Source: Nitrospirota bacterium (GTDB lineage Bacteria; Nitrospirota; Thermodesulfovibrionia; UBA6902). Taken from it: DNA of 64,000 nt. Position 1 is the first letter of the stretch. Each line of letters begins with the position of its first letter. The stretch spans positions 41,135 through 105,134 of the forward strand of contig JACRHD010000060.1 of the NCBI GenBank assembly GCA_016234115.1. Reading direction: 5' to 3'. Of the stretch, positions 16,319 through 26,277 are shown one piece after another. Made by a program: the position numbers and the translations under genes. Below the pieces are notes generated by a model that saw only the letters and a list, made by a program, of their open reading frames with translations, was not told the DNA's origin and did no database searches.

Positions 16319-16603
16319 TCAATATCCGTATCTTATATCAAAACTCTTGTACTCCCCGGTAGGTCCCTGCCATTCCTCCTCGACCTTTAATACCCTTGCG
16401 CCGACGGGACCCCTCTGGCACCATTGAACAGCCTGCATGACTTTTTCCACAGGCCCTTCAAACACCGCTTCAACATTACCGTCATGCAGGTTCCTGACCC
16501 ATCCCGTCAGCCCGAGTCTGAAGGCAGTGTCCCGTGTGCTTGCACGGAAGAAGACCCCCTGGACATATCCTTTAATGATCAGATGTACCCGGCCGTTTTC
16601 CAT
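16319..16603 (-). CDS. acyP: acylphosphatase
   Basis: 'IKGYVQGVFFRASTRDTAFRLGLTGWVRNLHDGNVEAVFEG' is the acylphosphatase signature. Confidence 0.85.
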   Translation of the reverse strand: MENGRVHLIIKGYVQGVFFRASTRDTAFRLGLTGWVRNLHDGNVEAVFEGPVEKVMQAVQWCQRGPVGARVLKVEEEWQGPTGEYKSFDIRYGY

Positions 16604-16685
16604 ATGTTAATAGGTCCTTCACAGGGCCAACGCCTCGCCCTGCCGACTGGGTCTGCGACAAAAAAGTTGGGGCTCTCAACTAATT

Positions 16686-16840
16686 CCCCTCTTTGGAAAA
16701 GACCAACAGTAGGTGCCTTAAGCAGGGGTCAGGGGAGATTTGTTGAAAACGATTATTCCGAAAAATCCCCCTTCATCCCCCTTTGCCAAAGGGGGAATAT
16801 GGCTTTACCAATAAATTTGTCGCACACCCCTGCCAACTCC
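16686..16840. repeat. composite intergenic repeat (element A 16686-16742, element B 16761-16798, truncated C-like segment about 16821-16840)
   Basis: Near-identical to the 7434-7492 and 7386-7425 copies. Confidence 0.75.
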
Positions 16841-16951
16841 TTCACTAACGCTTTATTAGATTATAAGTTATAATATTCATCTCAAATGCCACTTGCAAGC
16901 TTTTTTTTGTACTGGTAGAATTCTCTGTAGACTTAACAGCGGAGGTGTGTT

Positions 16952-18169
16952 GTGAAGTACGTAGAAATAAAGCCGGGTATCTTCTGGGTGGGCGCTATAG
17001 ACTGGGCGGTCAGGGATTTCCACGGCTACGTCACTCCGAAGGGAACGACTTACAACAATTATCTTATCCTGGACGAGCAGATCACCCTTGTCGACACGGT
17101 GAAATACGACTTTTCACACGTTACGATGGACAACATCAGGAACCTCATAGACCCGTCACGAATTGCAAACGTTATAATCAACCACATAGAGCCCGACCAC
17201 GCAAGCAGCATCGACAAGATAATGACTGTTGCGCCCGACGCGACCATTTATATTACCGATAAAGGGAAGAAAGGGCTGGACAGGCACTTTGATACATCGA
17301 AATGGAAATTCAGGATTGTAAAAACAGGAGACACTCTCAATACGGGGCGATACAATCTCGTATTTCTTGAGACCCCGATGCTTCACTGGCCGGATTCAAT
17401 GATGACGTACGTCAGGGAGGCAAAACTTCTTGTTTCGCAGGACGCCTTCGGCCAGCACCTCGCCACGTCCTCGAGGTTCGACGACGAATTTATCGAGTGC
17501 GCCTCTCATGCTGAACTTGAGGATGCCGTAATTGATTATTACGCAAACATCCTCATGCCGTTCGGCCAGTTGATAAAGACGAAAATCGCCGAGGTGCTGA
17601 AACTCGGACTTGATATAGACATGATCGCGCCGGACCACGGCGTTATATGGAGGAGCGGGCCCGGTCATATTATTCAAAAATATCTTGATCTGGCGGACGG
17701 CAAAGCGCACCTGAGCGTGGCCGTTATTTATGACACCATGTGGCACAGCACCGAGCGCATGACATTGCCCATAATGAAGGGCATCAAGGATGAAGGGGTC
17801 GATTGTAATGTGATCAAACTTCGCGCCACGCCGATGAGCGTAGCTGTTAAAGAATTCTGGAAGGCGAGAGGATGTCTTATAGGAAGCCCTACTCTCAACA
17901 ACATACTGTTTCCCACGGTAGCCGAGTTCCTTACTCATCTCCGCGGTCTCAGGCCCAAAAACAGGATAGTCGGCGCCTTCGGCAGTTTCGGCTGGGGCGG
18001 CGGGGCCGTAAAAGAGGCGTACGAAGAATTCGTAAGGATGAAGCTGAAAGTTTTCGAGCCTGGTTTTCAGGTGCTTTACAACCCCTCGGCTGAAGACGAG
18101 GTCAGGTGTTATGAATTTGCGAGGGAATTTGCCCGGAAGGTCAAGGAATATCACGCCGAATTCAAGTAA
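16952..18169 (+). CDS. flavodiiron protein (FprA / rubredoxin:oxygen oxidoreductase type; O2 or NO reductase)
   Basis: GTG start after ggaggtg. The metallo-beta-lactamase domain has 'INHIEPDHASS'. The C-terminal flavodoxin domain has 'IVGAFGSFGWGGGA'. Confidence 0.85.
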   Translation: MKYVEIKPGIFWVGAIDWAVRDFHGYVTPKGTTYNNYLILDEQITLVDTVKYDFSHVTMDNIRNLIDPSRIANVIINHIEPDHASSIDKIMTVAPDATIYITDKGKKGLDRHFDTSKWKFRIVKTGDTLNTGRYNLVFLETPMLHWPDSMMTYVREAKLLVSQDAFGQHLATSSRFDDEFIECASHAELEDAVIDYYANILMPFGQLIKTKIAEVLKLGLDIDMIAPDHGVIWRSGPGHIIQKYLDLADGKAHLSVAVIYDTMWHSTERMTLPIMKGIKDEGVDCNVIKLRATPMSVAVKEFWKARGCLIGSPTLNNILFPTVAEFLTHLRGLRPKNRIVGAFGSFGWGGGAVKEAYEEFVRMKLKVFEPGFQVLYNPSAEDEVRCYEFAREFARKVKEYHAEFK

Positions 18170-18357
18170 TTCAGCCGTCTCCTGACCCTTAATTGTCCGA
18201 AAGACCTTAACTAACTTTCAGATTTTTCTCGATTATTACTATAGGGGAATCCCTGATTTTCAAGCGCTGAAATTTAACTTATAATGTCATTACCTGAAAT
18301 TTTGGATTAATCAGTCTCTTCAAATATTTCATTAATAATTATTTTCGATAAAGCTAT

Positions 18358-18573
18358 ATGATGAATATACAAGAAATTGAAAGAAGAGTTCACGAAGTCC
18401 TCCATAATGTAAATTGGCTTATCGAACCGCATGACAGTTCCGCAGAGCTGATAGCGATAAAGGGCAGGAAGGTAATACTACGGTGCGTGGGACACTGCGC
18501 ATTCTGCGAATCAGACTGCATAAGGGTCGCCTTCAGGGAACGCCTGCCCGAAGTAAAGCTGGTCCTCCAGTAA
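18358..18573 (+). CDS. NifU-like (Nfu) Fe-S cluster assembly domain protein
   Basis: 71 aa with 'LRCVGHCAFCESDCIRVAF', i.e. an Nfu CxxC motif. Confidence 0.6.
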   Translation: MMNIQEIERRVHEVLHNVNWLIEPHDSSAELIAIKGRKVILRCVGHCAFCESDCIRVAFRERLPEVKLVLQ

Positions 18574-18585
18574 TCCGATTTATTT

Positions 18586-19239
18586 GTGCCTCCCCTTAAA
18601 AAAGAAATCATTGCCCTGCTCGAAAATAAGTCGTTCGACGTCCTGGTAGGGCTTTCACTGGCCGATAAAAAAACAATCAGTCTTCTGATTTCTCTCTCAT
18701 ACGATAAGAACGACCGGAAGGCCTGGCGGGCCATGGAAGTGATCGGTCTTGCAACCGGGAAAATCGCCGCATCAAATCCCGAGGCAGTCAGGAATATCGC
18801 CGGGAGGCTGTTGTGGATGATACGCGATGAGTCCGGCGGCATCGGCTGGAGCGCTCCGGAGATATTGGGCGAAATTGTCAGGAACAACCCGGTGCTCTGT
18901 TCGGATTTGGCCCCGATAATCGTATCATTCCATGAAGAGGAGATGCTTTGCTCCGGGGTGCTGCGCGCGATAGGCAGAATAGGACCTATAAATCCTGAAA
19001 CGGTCCGATATGCCGCGCCGATTGTCCGCTCCTACCTGAGCTCGCCTGATGATACACTCCGTGGTTACGCCGCGTGGGCGAGTGGTGAAATAGGAATCAC
19101 GGAATCTTTGAGTGAGCTTGAAGGCATCAAATCAGATAACGGCCATGTCGGATTTTATGAAGAAGGGGAAATCAGGCCAAGGACAGTGGGGGAAATCGCT
19201 TCGGCGGCGCTGGTGAAAATCAGGAGCGGACGGCGTTAA
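18586..19239 (+). CDS. HEAT-repeat protein
   Basis: GTG start. Repeated alpha-helical HEAT-like units. No catalytic motif was recognised. Confidence 0.45.
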   Translation: MPPLKKEIIALLENKSFDVLVGLSLADKKTISLLISLSYDKNDRKAWRAMEVIGLATGKIAASNPEAVRNIAGRLLWMIRDESGGIGWSAPEILGEIVRNNPVLCSDLAPIIVSFHEEEMLCSGVLRAIGRIGPINPETVRYAAPIVRSYLSSPDDTLRGYAAWASGEIGITESLSELEGIKSDNGHVGFYEEGEIRPRTVGEIASAALVKIRSGRR

Positions 19240-19904
19240 TCAATGAATGCGGCCAATTCCTGTACTATGAAATTAAACGCGAGGTATTCATTATTGCAGT
19301 AACCCTCCTCGGATACCATCTCATATGTTTCACACTCGCCCAATTGACACGCCCGGAAGACGTCCGAACAGCCCCTTTCAAATTCACCCATAATCATATA
19401 GACAACACCCCTGTTGTCATAAGGTTTTGCGAGGTCCGGTTCAATATCGATGGCCCTGTTGTAGTCACGGAGCGCCCGTTCGTATTCACCTAATGCAAAA
19501 TATGCGAGGCCCCTGTTGTTGTACGCCTTCGAGTACTCGGGATTATGCCTGATAGCATTATTGAATTCGATTATGGCACGTTCATATTGCTTAATCTGAA
19601 AGTACGCGAACCCGAGATTGCTATATGCCTTGGCATAGCCGGGATCCGAATTGACGGCCTTCCTGTACTCGCTGATGGCAAGTTCATACTGCCCCTTCAT
19701 GAAATAGACGTTCCCCTTGTCATTGTATGCCGCAGCATAATCCGGATCTATTTCGATTGCCCTGTTATATTCGACAATCGCAAGCTCATACTGCCCGTTG
19801 TCTGCATACATAATTCCCTGATTTACAAGTTCCACAGCCCTGTTATTCGAGGTGGATGCGCAGCCCGAAAGAATAAGGACAGTGATAAGGATGAATATTC
19901 TCAT
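19236..19904 (-). CDS. TPR-repeat lipoprotein
   Basis: 'MRIFILITVLILSGC' is a lipobox. At least five 34-aa TPR units follow (AIVEYNRAIEIDPDYAAAYNDKG...). The start is chosen at the Met with an upstream aggaa. The ORF could extend to 19937. Confidence 0.7.
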   Translation of the reverse strand: MRIFILITVLILSGCASTSNNRAVELVNQGIMYADNGQYELAIVEYNRAIEIDPDYAAAYNDKGNVYFMKGQYELAISEYRKAVNSDPGYAKAYSNLGFAYFQIKQYERAIIEFNNAIRHNPEYSKAYNNRGLAYFALGEYERALRDYNRAIDIEPDLAKPYDNRGVVYMIMGEFERGCSDVFRACQLGECETYEMVSEEGYCNNEYLAFNFIVQELAAFID

Positions 19905-20294
19905 CAAGGTTTCTTTCCTCATATATTTTGACGTCACGCAATAAATATACCAATGAAGTATTACGCATTATCTCATTGAATTTAAATGATATAGTCCCGT
20001 AGGGCCTAAGAATATTAAATGTTAAAGTGTAATGCATCCCTACACTATGTAAAATATTCCGTCACATCACCGAATTATTCATAAATATCGCACTCGCTGT
20101 CTGCACGACCTCATAGAACTGTCATGCCCGAAGTTCCCCCGACTAAGACCTTCGAGGGCAGGCTTAATCGGGCATCCATGGACTGTCCAAGGGTGGATTC
20201 CCGCTTACTGACTGAGGAAATGACAGGCTTCGGTAGATATTACATGTACCCACATAACTGAGCGGTTACCTGAAAGAAGGGTCGGCTTGCTGCG

Positions 20295-20340
20295 TCTAAA
20301 AAAAAACACAGGGATTACTAAACTGTAATCTCCTGTGTTT
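20295..20340 (-). terminator. rho-independent terminator of tRNA-Pro
   Basis: On the minus strand, aaacacaggagattacagtttagtaatccctgtgttttttttt forms a hairpin followed by a U-run. It lies immediately 3' of the tRNA. Confidence 0.55.
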
Positions 20341-20355
20341 ATCGGGTAATTTCTA

Positions 20356-20433
<78 letters not shown>

Positions 20434-20481
20434 TGCATGAATGATACCATACTCAGTACATTATTTATCAATTATCGTCCA

Positions 20482-21627
20482 CTAAAAAAAATCCCGGGCG
20501 CCTGCATATTCTGATCTCTTCCGGTCGATGCCGGTGTACCTCTGTTGATCATTGCAGGACTGTTTTGCCTTATATGCAATTAATTTTTCTTTTTGATCTT
20601 TGACGTGCTGATTGATGTTATCACTATTTATAAGCACGCCAAAATCCGCCGGGACCGGGGTCCCGGAGCAATTGGTCATCCTGCATACAATCAAATCGCC
20701 GACTATAGTCCTGTAATGCGATGTCTCATAATAATAATAATTGCTGGTCGTGACGGAGTTGATCCCGCTGAAGTCCCAATAATCGGTAATTTGGGCCAAT
20801 TTTTCCTTGAACAGCAGGAACCGGCACGGATCACTCTGCAAGTAAAACTTATAATGGGTCGGACTTATAAAAAAATACACGTTGAAATTATATGCTTCGG
20901 ACAGCTCTATAATTTCGTCGATATCCCGGATTGTGTCGTTTATCAAGTTCAGATAGTCGCGCTCAGCCTGCCCGCTGAACGGGTCATTGACTTCGTTAAA
21001 ACGTTCGTTATTCAAATGGCCTTCAATATTGCTTTCTATTTTCGCGTCAACTTTTTTCAGGTCCTGCATGCCGTCTTCGGGAATGCCGAATGTTACCAAC
21101 GGTTCATTATTCTTAAACCGCATATATCTGCCGATGCCGATCCGGGGCGCGGCGCACAGATACTTGATCTGGAAAATTATTCTCCTGAAGACCGATTCGT
21201 CGTACGGATGCCTCAATATCTGGCCCCTGTGATCGTCCGGCCTGAATGCATAGGATGTATTGTCCAGTCCGATAATTATGTTCTTTACAGGCAGACCTTC
21301 TTGAAGCATGATCCTGATATCTGCAAGGTGTTCGCCCGGGACGCCTTCCGAATAATTCATATTATAATATTTGCCGCCCGGTATTAAGGCGGGATTAATT
21401 TTCCCTACCCGGGAAGAACCGAATAAAAAAGAATCCCATGCATGTTTATCTTTAATAATATGCCGCATTTTCGCGTAGTGCTGATTAGGCTCATAGCCGG
21501 GCTCATAAGCCAAATCCTCCCCCGTGATCCTGAAAATTCCATACGGATCGGTCAGATAATTGTAGGACGCAACAGATATGATCGTGATCGAGGTCAGGAC
21601 AATTATTTTCAGGTAAATCCGCTTCAT
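20482..21627 (-). CDS. DltD/AlgJ-like (SGNH-type) protein partner of the MBOAT acyltransferase
   Basis: Has an N-terminal signal/anchor (MKRIYLKIIVLTSITIISVA) and a 'LFGSSRV' motif. It sits directly downstream of the MBOAT gene, where dltD and algJ normally lie. The family assignment is tentative. Confidence 0.4.
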   Translation of the reverse strand: MKRIYLKIIVLTSITIISVASYNYLTDPYGIFRITGEDLAYEPGYEPNQHYAKMRHIIKDKHAWDSFLFGSSRVGKINPALIPGGKYYNMNYSEGVPGEHLADIRIMLQEGLPVKNIIIGLDNTSYAFRPDDHRGQILRHPYDESVFRRIIFQIKYLCAAPRIGIGRYMRFKNNEPLVTFGIPEDGMQDLKKVDAKIESNIEGHLNNERFNEVNDPFSGQAERDYLNLINDTIRDIDEIIELSEAYNFNVYFFISPTHYKFYLQSDPCRFLLFKEKLAQITDYWDFSGINSVTTSNYYYYETSHYRTIVGDLIVCRMTNCSGTPVPADFGVLINSDNINQHVKDQKEKLIAYKAKQSCNDQQRYTGIDRKRSEYAGARDFF

Positions 21628-21687
21628 TCTATAATGTTTCAGTTAAAAGGAGGCGGAAACATCATATCCGCCGCCGGGTAATAAAGA

Positions 21688-23208
21688 CTAAAATTGGAAA
21701 TAAATAAATTGCTGCCCGACATCGGAAGCAAAAAAGATCATTATTAAAACAGAGCCGTAATATATCGACCAGCGAACAATAAGCGGTTTTGTCAAAAAAG
21801 CTTTTTCAATATCCGCCCTGCTCTGCGCGAAATGTATAAGCTCCAGCAGACCGATCAGGAACAGGCAGAAGATAAATTCCGAATCCGAAATTCCGAGGCC
21901 TTTGCCGAATATCGCGGCCCGAATGTTTGCCTTCATTACAATCAGCTCGTATATCGTCACGAATGTGCCGGTTATGCCGTGTGATAAAATGTAAACCGCG
22001 TCTGAAAGGCTGTTCGCCCTGAAAAAAATCCAGCCCGCGCAGACTATGCAGAACATGATGAACATGTTTACTGCGTTTCCGAAGGGGTTGTTTTCCACTA
22101 CGAGGTTTCTGATAACGGGGTTTTTGATACTGCGTGAATGCGCATTCGCATATTCCCTGATTTTATTATAGCCAATTATTACCATTCCCCAGTATACGCC
22201 GAAAACCACAAAAGTCCAGTTCGCGCCGTGCCACAGGCCGATCAGGGTCATTGCATAAAAATGCGCCTTATATTTGTTGAACATGCCGCCGGCCTTTCTC
22301 ATGTAATGCATTGCCATAGGAAAATAGAGGTAATCCTGAAACCATCTTGATAAACTGATATGCCACCTCTGCCAGAACTCCACGGGATTTTTTGAGTAAT
22401 AAGGCAAATTAAAATTCATTGTTATGTTGAATCCGATCGTTCTCGCCACTCCCCTGGCTATATCGGAATAACCTGAAAAATCACAGTAGATCTGGACCGC
22501 AAAAAAGAAGGTCGCGATGACCAGGGGGACCCCGGTATAATCGTGCGCGTTGTTGAACACCGTGTCCACAAGCACGGCGACCCTGTCGGCGATTATGACC
22601 TTTTTAAACATACCCCAGGCCGAAAGCCTTAAACCTGAAGCCACCGAATTGTATTCAAAAGTCCTTTTCTTCTTTATCTGCGGAAGCAGGTTTGTGGCCC
22701 TCTCGATGGGTCCGGCCACCAACTGGGGGAAGAACGCGACATAAAGCGCATAGTCGAGAAAATTCTTTTCCGGCTTCAGTTTCTTCCTGTAGATATCAAT
22801 GTAATAACTCATCGACTGAAAGGTATAGAAAGAGATGCCGATCGGCAAAATTATCTTAAGCGTCGATATGTTTTCCCTGAGCCCCAGCATGGACAGCAGG
22901 GCAGAAGCTTCAGCAATGAAAAAGCCGGCGTATTTAAAAAAGCCCAGCATGCCGAGACTCGCAAACAGACCTAACAGTAAAAAACGCTTTTTCCGTTTTT
23001 CATCCGCGCTTTCATCAATGAAAATTCCGCAATAATAATCAATAACGGTGCTGATGATCAACAGAGAAAGAAATTTCCAGTTCCAGCTTCCGTAAAAAAA
23101 ATAGCTCCCGGCAAGAAGAAACCTGTTCTGCAGCTTATGGGGTAGAACCCAGTATATGGCAAAGAAAAAACCGAAAAAGACCAGGAATTCCGTGCTATTG
23201 AACAGCAT
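21688..23208 (-). CDS. MBOAT-family membrane O-acyltransferase (DltB/AlgI-like)
   Basis: 506 aa and polytopic. It starts 'MLFNSTEFLVFF' as MBOATs do and carries the conserved His region (WHISLS..F). Its start overlaps the E2 stop by 1 nt. Confidence 0.85.
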   Translation of the reverse strand: MLFNSTEFLVFFGFFFAIYWVLPHKLQNRFLLAGSYFFYGSWNWKFLSLLIISTVIDYYCGIFIDESADEKRKKRFLLLGLFASLGMLGFFKYAGFFIAEASALLSMLGLRENISTLKIILPIGISFYTFQSMSYYIDIYRKKLKPEKNFLDYALYVAFFPQLVAGPIERATNLLPQIKKKRTFEYNSVASGLRLSAWGMFKKVIIADRVAVLVDTVFNNAHDYTGVPLVIATFFFAVQIYCDFSGYSDIARGVARTIGFNITMNFNLPYYSKNPVEFWQRWHISLSRWFQDYLYFPMAMHYMRKAGGMFNKYKAHFYAMTLIGLWHGANWTFVVFGVYWGMVIIGYNKIREYANAHSRSIKNPVIRNLVVENNPFGNAVNMFIMFCIVCAGWIFFRANSLSDAVYILSHGITGTFVTIYELIVMKANIRAAIFGKGLGISDSEFIFCLFLIGLLELIHFAQSRADIEKAFLTKPLIVRWSIYYGSVLIMIFFASDVGQQFIYFQF

Positions 23209-24290
23209 TATTTTCCCTGAAGCATGGTTGACAGCTCATTAAGCATGTCCGCAGCCATCATGCCATCCGCCATTTGATGATCAAAAGTCAGTATGCATTT
23301 AAAGCAGCCCGTCCCCGGCATTACCGCACAGACGCCGAGGATCGCGGATTGCATATTGTTTATTACAGGTATGAAATCAACGACTCCCCTCGACGAAATG
23401 TCCGTCACGGTAAAAGTCCCCCCAGCAAGATCATTCAATGCAAGTTCTTCCCTGAAATACCTGAGGCTGAGATCTTTTACCGTATTCGAGATGTCCTTCA
23501 CCGACATCTTATCGGCATTCCTGATCACCGGCACCTTCAGCCCCCTGCCCATATTTACGGCAAAACCGACATTGATCTCGCTGTAGACCGCGCAGACGTC
23601 TTTATCATAATAGCCGTTGAAGAGATTGTATTTCTTCAACAAACGGGACACGTTGTATATTATCAGCTCGCCGACGGCGGCCCGTACGCCTTCATTCTGA
23701 GAAATACTCCTGATATTCGCCTCAACCTTTTGAAAATCAATCATGACGCTCACACTGCTCGCTATTACCCGCCGGCTGCTTTCACGAAGTTGTCTTATCT
23801 CATATTTCTTTGCCGGACTTATTTCGACAATGTTTAAAGAAGGACAATTTTTGTCCCTGACGCCGGTCACGCTTTGAGGGCCTTTGGTTTGCAGGCCTTT
23901 TTCCGCGACCTTGGCCTTCACATCCTCGAGTTTGACTCTTACCATGCCCGCAAAGTCTTCATCCCGCAATCCATGTTCCTTCATTAATTTTGCGGCCTTG
24001 GCGGAAATGTCCAGCTTACCGTCGCGCGCCCTGCTCCCGTCGTTCACCCCGGCATCCGTCCTGATTTCGGGCATCCTGTTCTCTTTGCAAATATAAGCAA
24101 TTTCACTTCCGACCCTGACCTCATCCCCTTCCTTCACTTTATAGAAAAAGAAGCCGCTCTCTTCAGCTTCAATTTCAAATACCGCCTTCATGGTCTCCAG
24201 TGTTATTATGACTTCTCCCTTTTTGACCTCTTCCCCCGACGCAATATTCATCCTGACTATGGTTGCCACCTCGTCGTTGGTATTTTCCAT
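23208..24290 (-). CDS. dihydrolipoamide acyltransferase (E2 component of a 2-oxoacid dehydrogenase complex)
   Basis: Lipoyl domain (...LETMKA...), a peripheral-subunit-binding segment, and a catalytic domain ending in 'DHQMADG'. The start is uncertain: a TTG at 24344 would extend the ORF. Confidence 0.8.
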   Translation of the reverse strand: MENTNDEVATIVRMNIASGEEVKKGEVIITLETMKAVFEIEAEESGFFFYKVKEGDEVRVGSEIAYICKENRMPEIRTDAGVNDGSRARDGKLDISAKAAKLMKEHGLRDEDFAGMVRVKLEDVKAKVAEKGLQTKGPQSVTGVRDKNCPSLNIVEISPAKKYEIRQLRESSRRVIASSVSVMIDFQKVEANIRSISQNEGVRAAVGELIIYNVSRLLKKYNLFNGYYDKDVCAVYSEINVGFAVNMGRGLKVPVIRNADKMSVKDISNTVKDLSLRYFREELALNDLAGGTFTVTDISSRGVVDFIPVINNMQSAILGVCAVMPGTGCFKCILTFDHQMADGMMAADMLNELSTMLQGK

Positions 24291-24312
24291 TGGAACAATT
24301 ACGGCAAAACAC

Positions 24313-26277
24313 TCAGACACTGAATATCTCCTTGCAGCAATCAATAATGGTCTCCTTCGACGGCAGACATTCTTTTTCCATAGGGCCGGAACATGGAATC
24401 GGGATTTCCCCCGGGGAGACGCGACGGCTTATAAACGCCCCGGCGTCATCCCATTCTTCATTTATCCTGGCAATGACTTCAGCGCCTAAATTGAAGAACG
24501 AGGTCCCCTCTTCAACAACAATCAACTTGCGGGTCTTCTTTACTGAATCAAATACGGCCGAGATGTTCAACGGGCTCACGCTCAACGGGAATATGAGCTC
24601 AACAAGAATTTCTTCATCCCTGTACAATACTTCAGCGGCCTCTTCGGCAAGCAGCGCCATCCTGCCGAAAGCACAAATCGTAACGTCCGGCTCTCCATCG
24701 GATTTTACAACCGTTGTCGGATATGCCTCATCCGTCTCATAGACCTCAAATTCGTCTGTCGCCTCTCTGTCCCCTTTCACCGCGTATAACACCTTGTTTT
24801 CTATTATGACGGACGGATCTTTTATATTTTTAAACAACTCTGAATAAAACCGCGCTATATCTACCCGATGGTGCAGGATGTAGATATTAAGTCCCGGAAC
24901 GCCTACAATATGTTTCTCAAGGCTTTGGCTGTGAGTCGGCCCATACCCTCGCCCCGCGCCCATGGGGGTCCTGACGATCAGCGGGACAGACACCTGATCG
25001 TTATACATATGCCTGAATTTCGCGGCGTGATTGACAAGCTGATCAAAAGAGAGGGTAATAAAATCACCGAACATTATTTCTATAACCGGCTTATATCCGG
25101 CCAGGGCCAATCCGTTTCCGATGCCGACTATCCCGGCCTCGCTGATCGGCGTGTTCAGGACCCTCCCGGGAAAATCATCGGATAGTCCCTTCGTGACCTT
25201 GAACGCTCCGCCGTACGGCATCCTGATGTCTTCACCGAGAAGAATAATGCGACTGTCCTCCTTCAACCCGTCCGATAAAGCCTTATTGATGGCCTTCAGT
25301 TGAGTGTCGCCGCTTTTTGCCGCCCTTTTCAGAGAGGACAAATCAGGGAACGCCGTTCTTGCCGCATTTAGTCCGGCAAACTCCGACTGCTCCGCTTTTT
25401 CGACCGCATTTTTTATCCTGTCTGCGGCCTGACGGAGTTTCTCCTTTATTGCTTCATCATCTTTGTATTCATTTAAAAAAATATTTAACGGGTCTTTTTC
25501 TTCGTAATCCCTGATCTCGTTTATGTCTCTGTGGTCGTCGCCTTTTGAGTGCGCCCGCAGCCTGTACGTCAAGACCCTGAAAAAGACCGGCTCGCATTCT
25601 TTTCGCACATGGTCCGAGGCCCTTTTCATATCGGCAATAAGCTTCTCATATTCCCAGGTATTGCCTTCAAAGACCTTTATCCCGAAAGCCGACGCCCTGC
25701 CGGCGATTGAACCGGAAAGGGTCTCATGTTGTGATGTGGACTGGGAATAGCCGTTATCTTCCAGAACAATCAGCAAAGGGAGCGCCCATTTTGAGGCCAT
25801 GTTCATGGTTTCATACACTACACCTTGCCCCAGGGTCCCGTCTCCGATGCAAACTACGGTGATTGTGTCTTTTCCATCGAGCTTCTGTCCCAGCGCCATC
25901 CCCGCCGCAACAGGCGCTATCCCCCCCTGCACCCCGTTTGAAAAGAAGTTCCGTCCGCATAAATGCTGGCTGCCGCCTATCCCCCCGCAAATGCCGTTCG
26001 ACTTGCCCATAATCTCAGCCAACAGCCCTTCGATATCATTCGTCTTTGCGATATAATGCCCGTGACATCTGTGGTTTGAGAAAATCACGTCTTCATCATT
26101 TAACGCATTTGCAACGGCAAGCGCGGAAAACTCCTGCCCTACGCAGGTGTGGGTCGTTCCAAAGAGTTTCCCTTTGCGGTAGAGATCCAAAAGGGTCTCC
26201 TCCGTACATCTTATCGTATAGGCCTTTAAAAGAAAATCGTTCAAATCTTCCATGCGCTCGTTACATTCTCTGTTCAA
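24313..26277 (-). CDS. TPP-dependent 2-oxoacid dehydrogenase E1 component, fused alpha+beta subunits
   Basis: The N-terminal half is E1-alpha ('CIGDGTLGQG...LLIVLEDNGYSQST', the TPP GDG...N motif). The C-terminal half is E1-beta ('MPYGGAFKVTKGL...TPISEAGIVGIGNGLALAGYKP'). 654 aa. Confidence 0.8.
   Translation of the reverse strand: MNRECNERMEDLNDFLLKAYTIRCTEETLLDLYRKGKLFGTTHTCVGQEFSALAVANALNDEDVIFSNHRCHGHYIAKTNDIEGLLAEIMGKSNGICGGIGGSQHLCGRNFFSNGVQGGIAPVAAGMALGQKLDGKDTITVVCIGDGTLGQGVVYETMNMASKWALPLLIVLEDNGYSQSTSQHETLSGSIAGRASAFGIKVFEGNTWEYEKLIADMKRASDHVRKECEPVFFRVLTYRLRAHSKGDDHRDINEIRDYEEKDPLNIFLNEYKDDEAIKEKLRQAADRIKNAVEKAEQSEFAGLNAARTAFPDLSSLKRAAKSGDTQLKAINKALSDGLKEDSRIILLGEDIRMPYGGAFKVTKGLSDDFPGRVLNTPISEAGIVGIGNGLALAGYKPVIEIMFGDFITLSFDQLVNHAAKFRHMYNDQVSVPLIVRTPMGAGRGYGPTHSQSLEKHIVGVPGLNIYILHHRVDIARFYSELFKNIKDPSVIIENKVLYAVKGDREATDEFEVYETDEAYPTTVVKSDGEPDVTICAFGRMALLAEEAAEVLYRDEEILVELIFPLSVSPLNISAVFDSVKKTRKLIVVEEGTSFFNLGAEVIARINEEWDDAGAFISRRVSPGEIPIPCSGPMEKECLPSKETIIDCCKEIFSV

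Noticed and set aside
17396-18154. 252-aa ORF antisense to the flavodiiron gene
   Set aside because: It is fully contained in a gene with strong family motifs on the other strand. It has no recognisable motifs, and long antisense ORFs are expected at this GC content.
20593-21387. 264-aa plus-strand ORF opposite the DltD-like gene
   Set aside because: It is antisense to an ORF positioned in an operon by overlaps and spacing. It has no motifs or RBS.
23208-26277. E1/E2 genes as an independent acetoin or pyruvate dehydrogenase operon unrelated to the MBOAT
   Set aside because: Start/stop overlaps link ACP to E1 to E2 to MBOAT on one strand, which argues for a single operon. This is kept as the alternative hypothesis in the finding rather than rejected outright.
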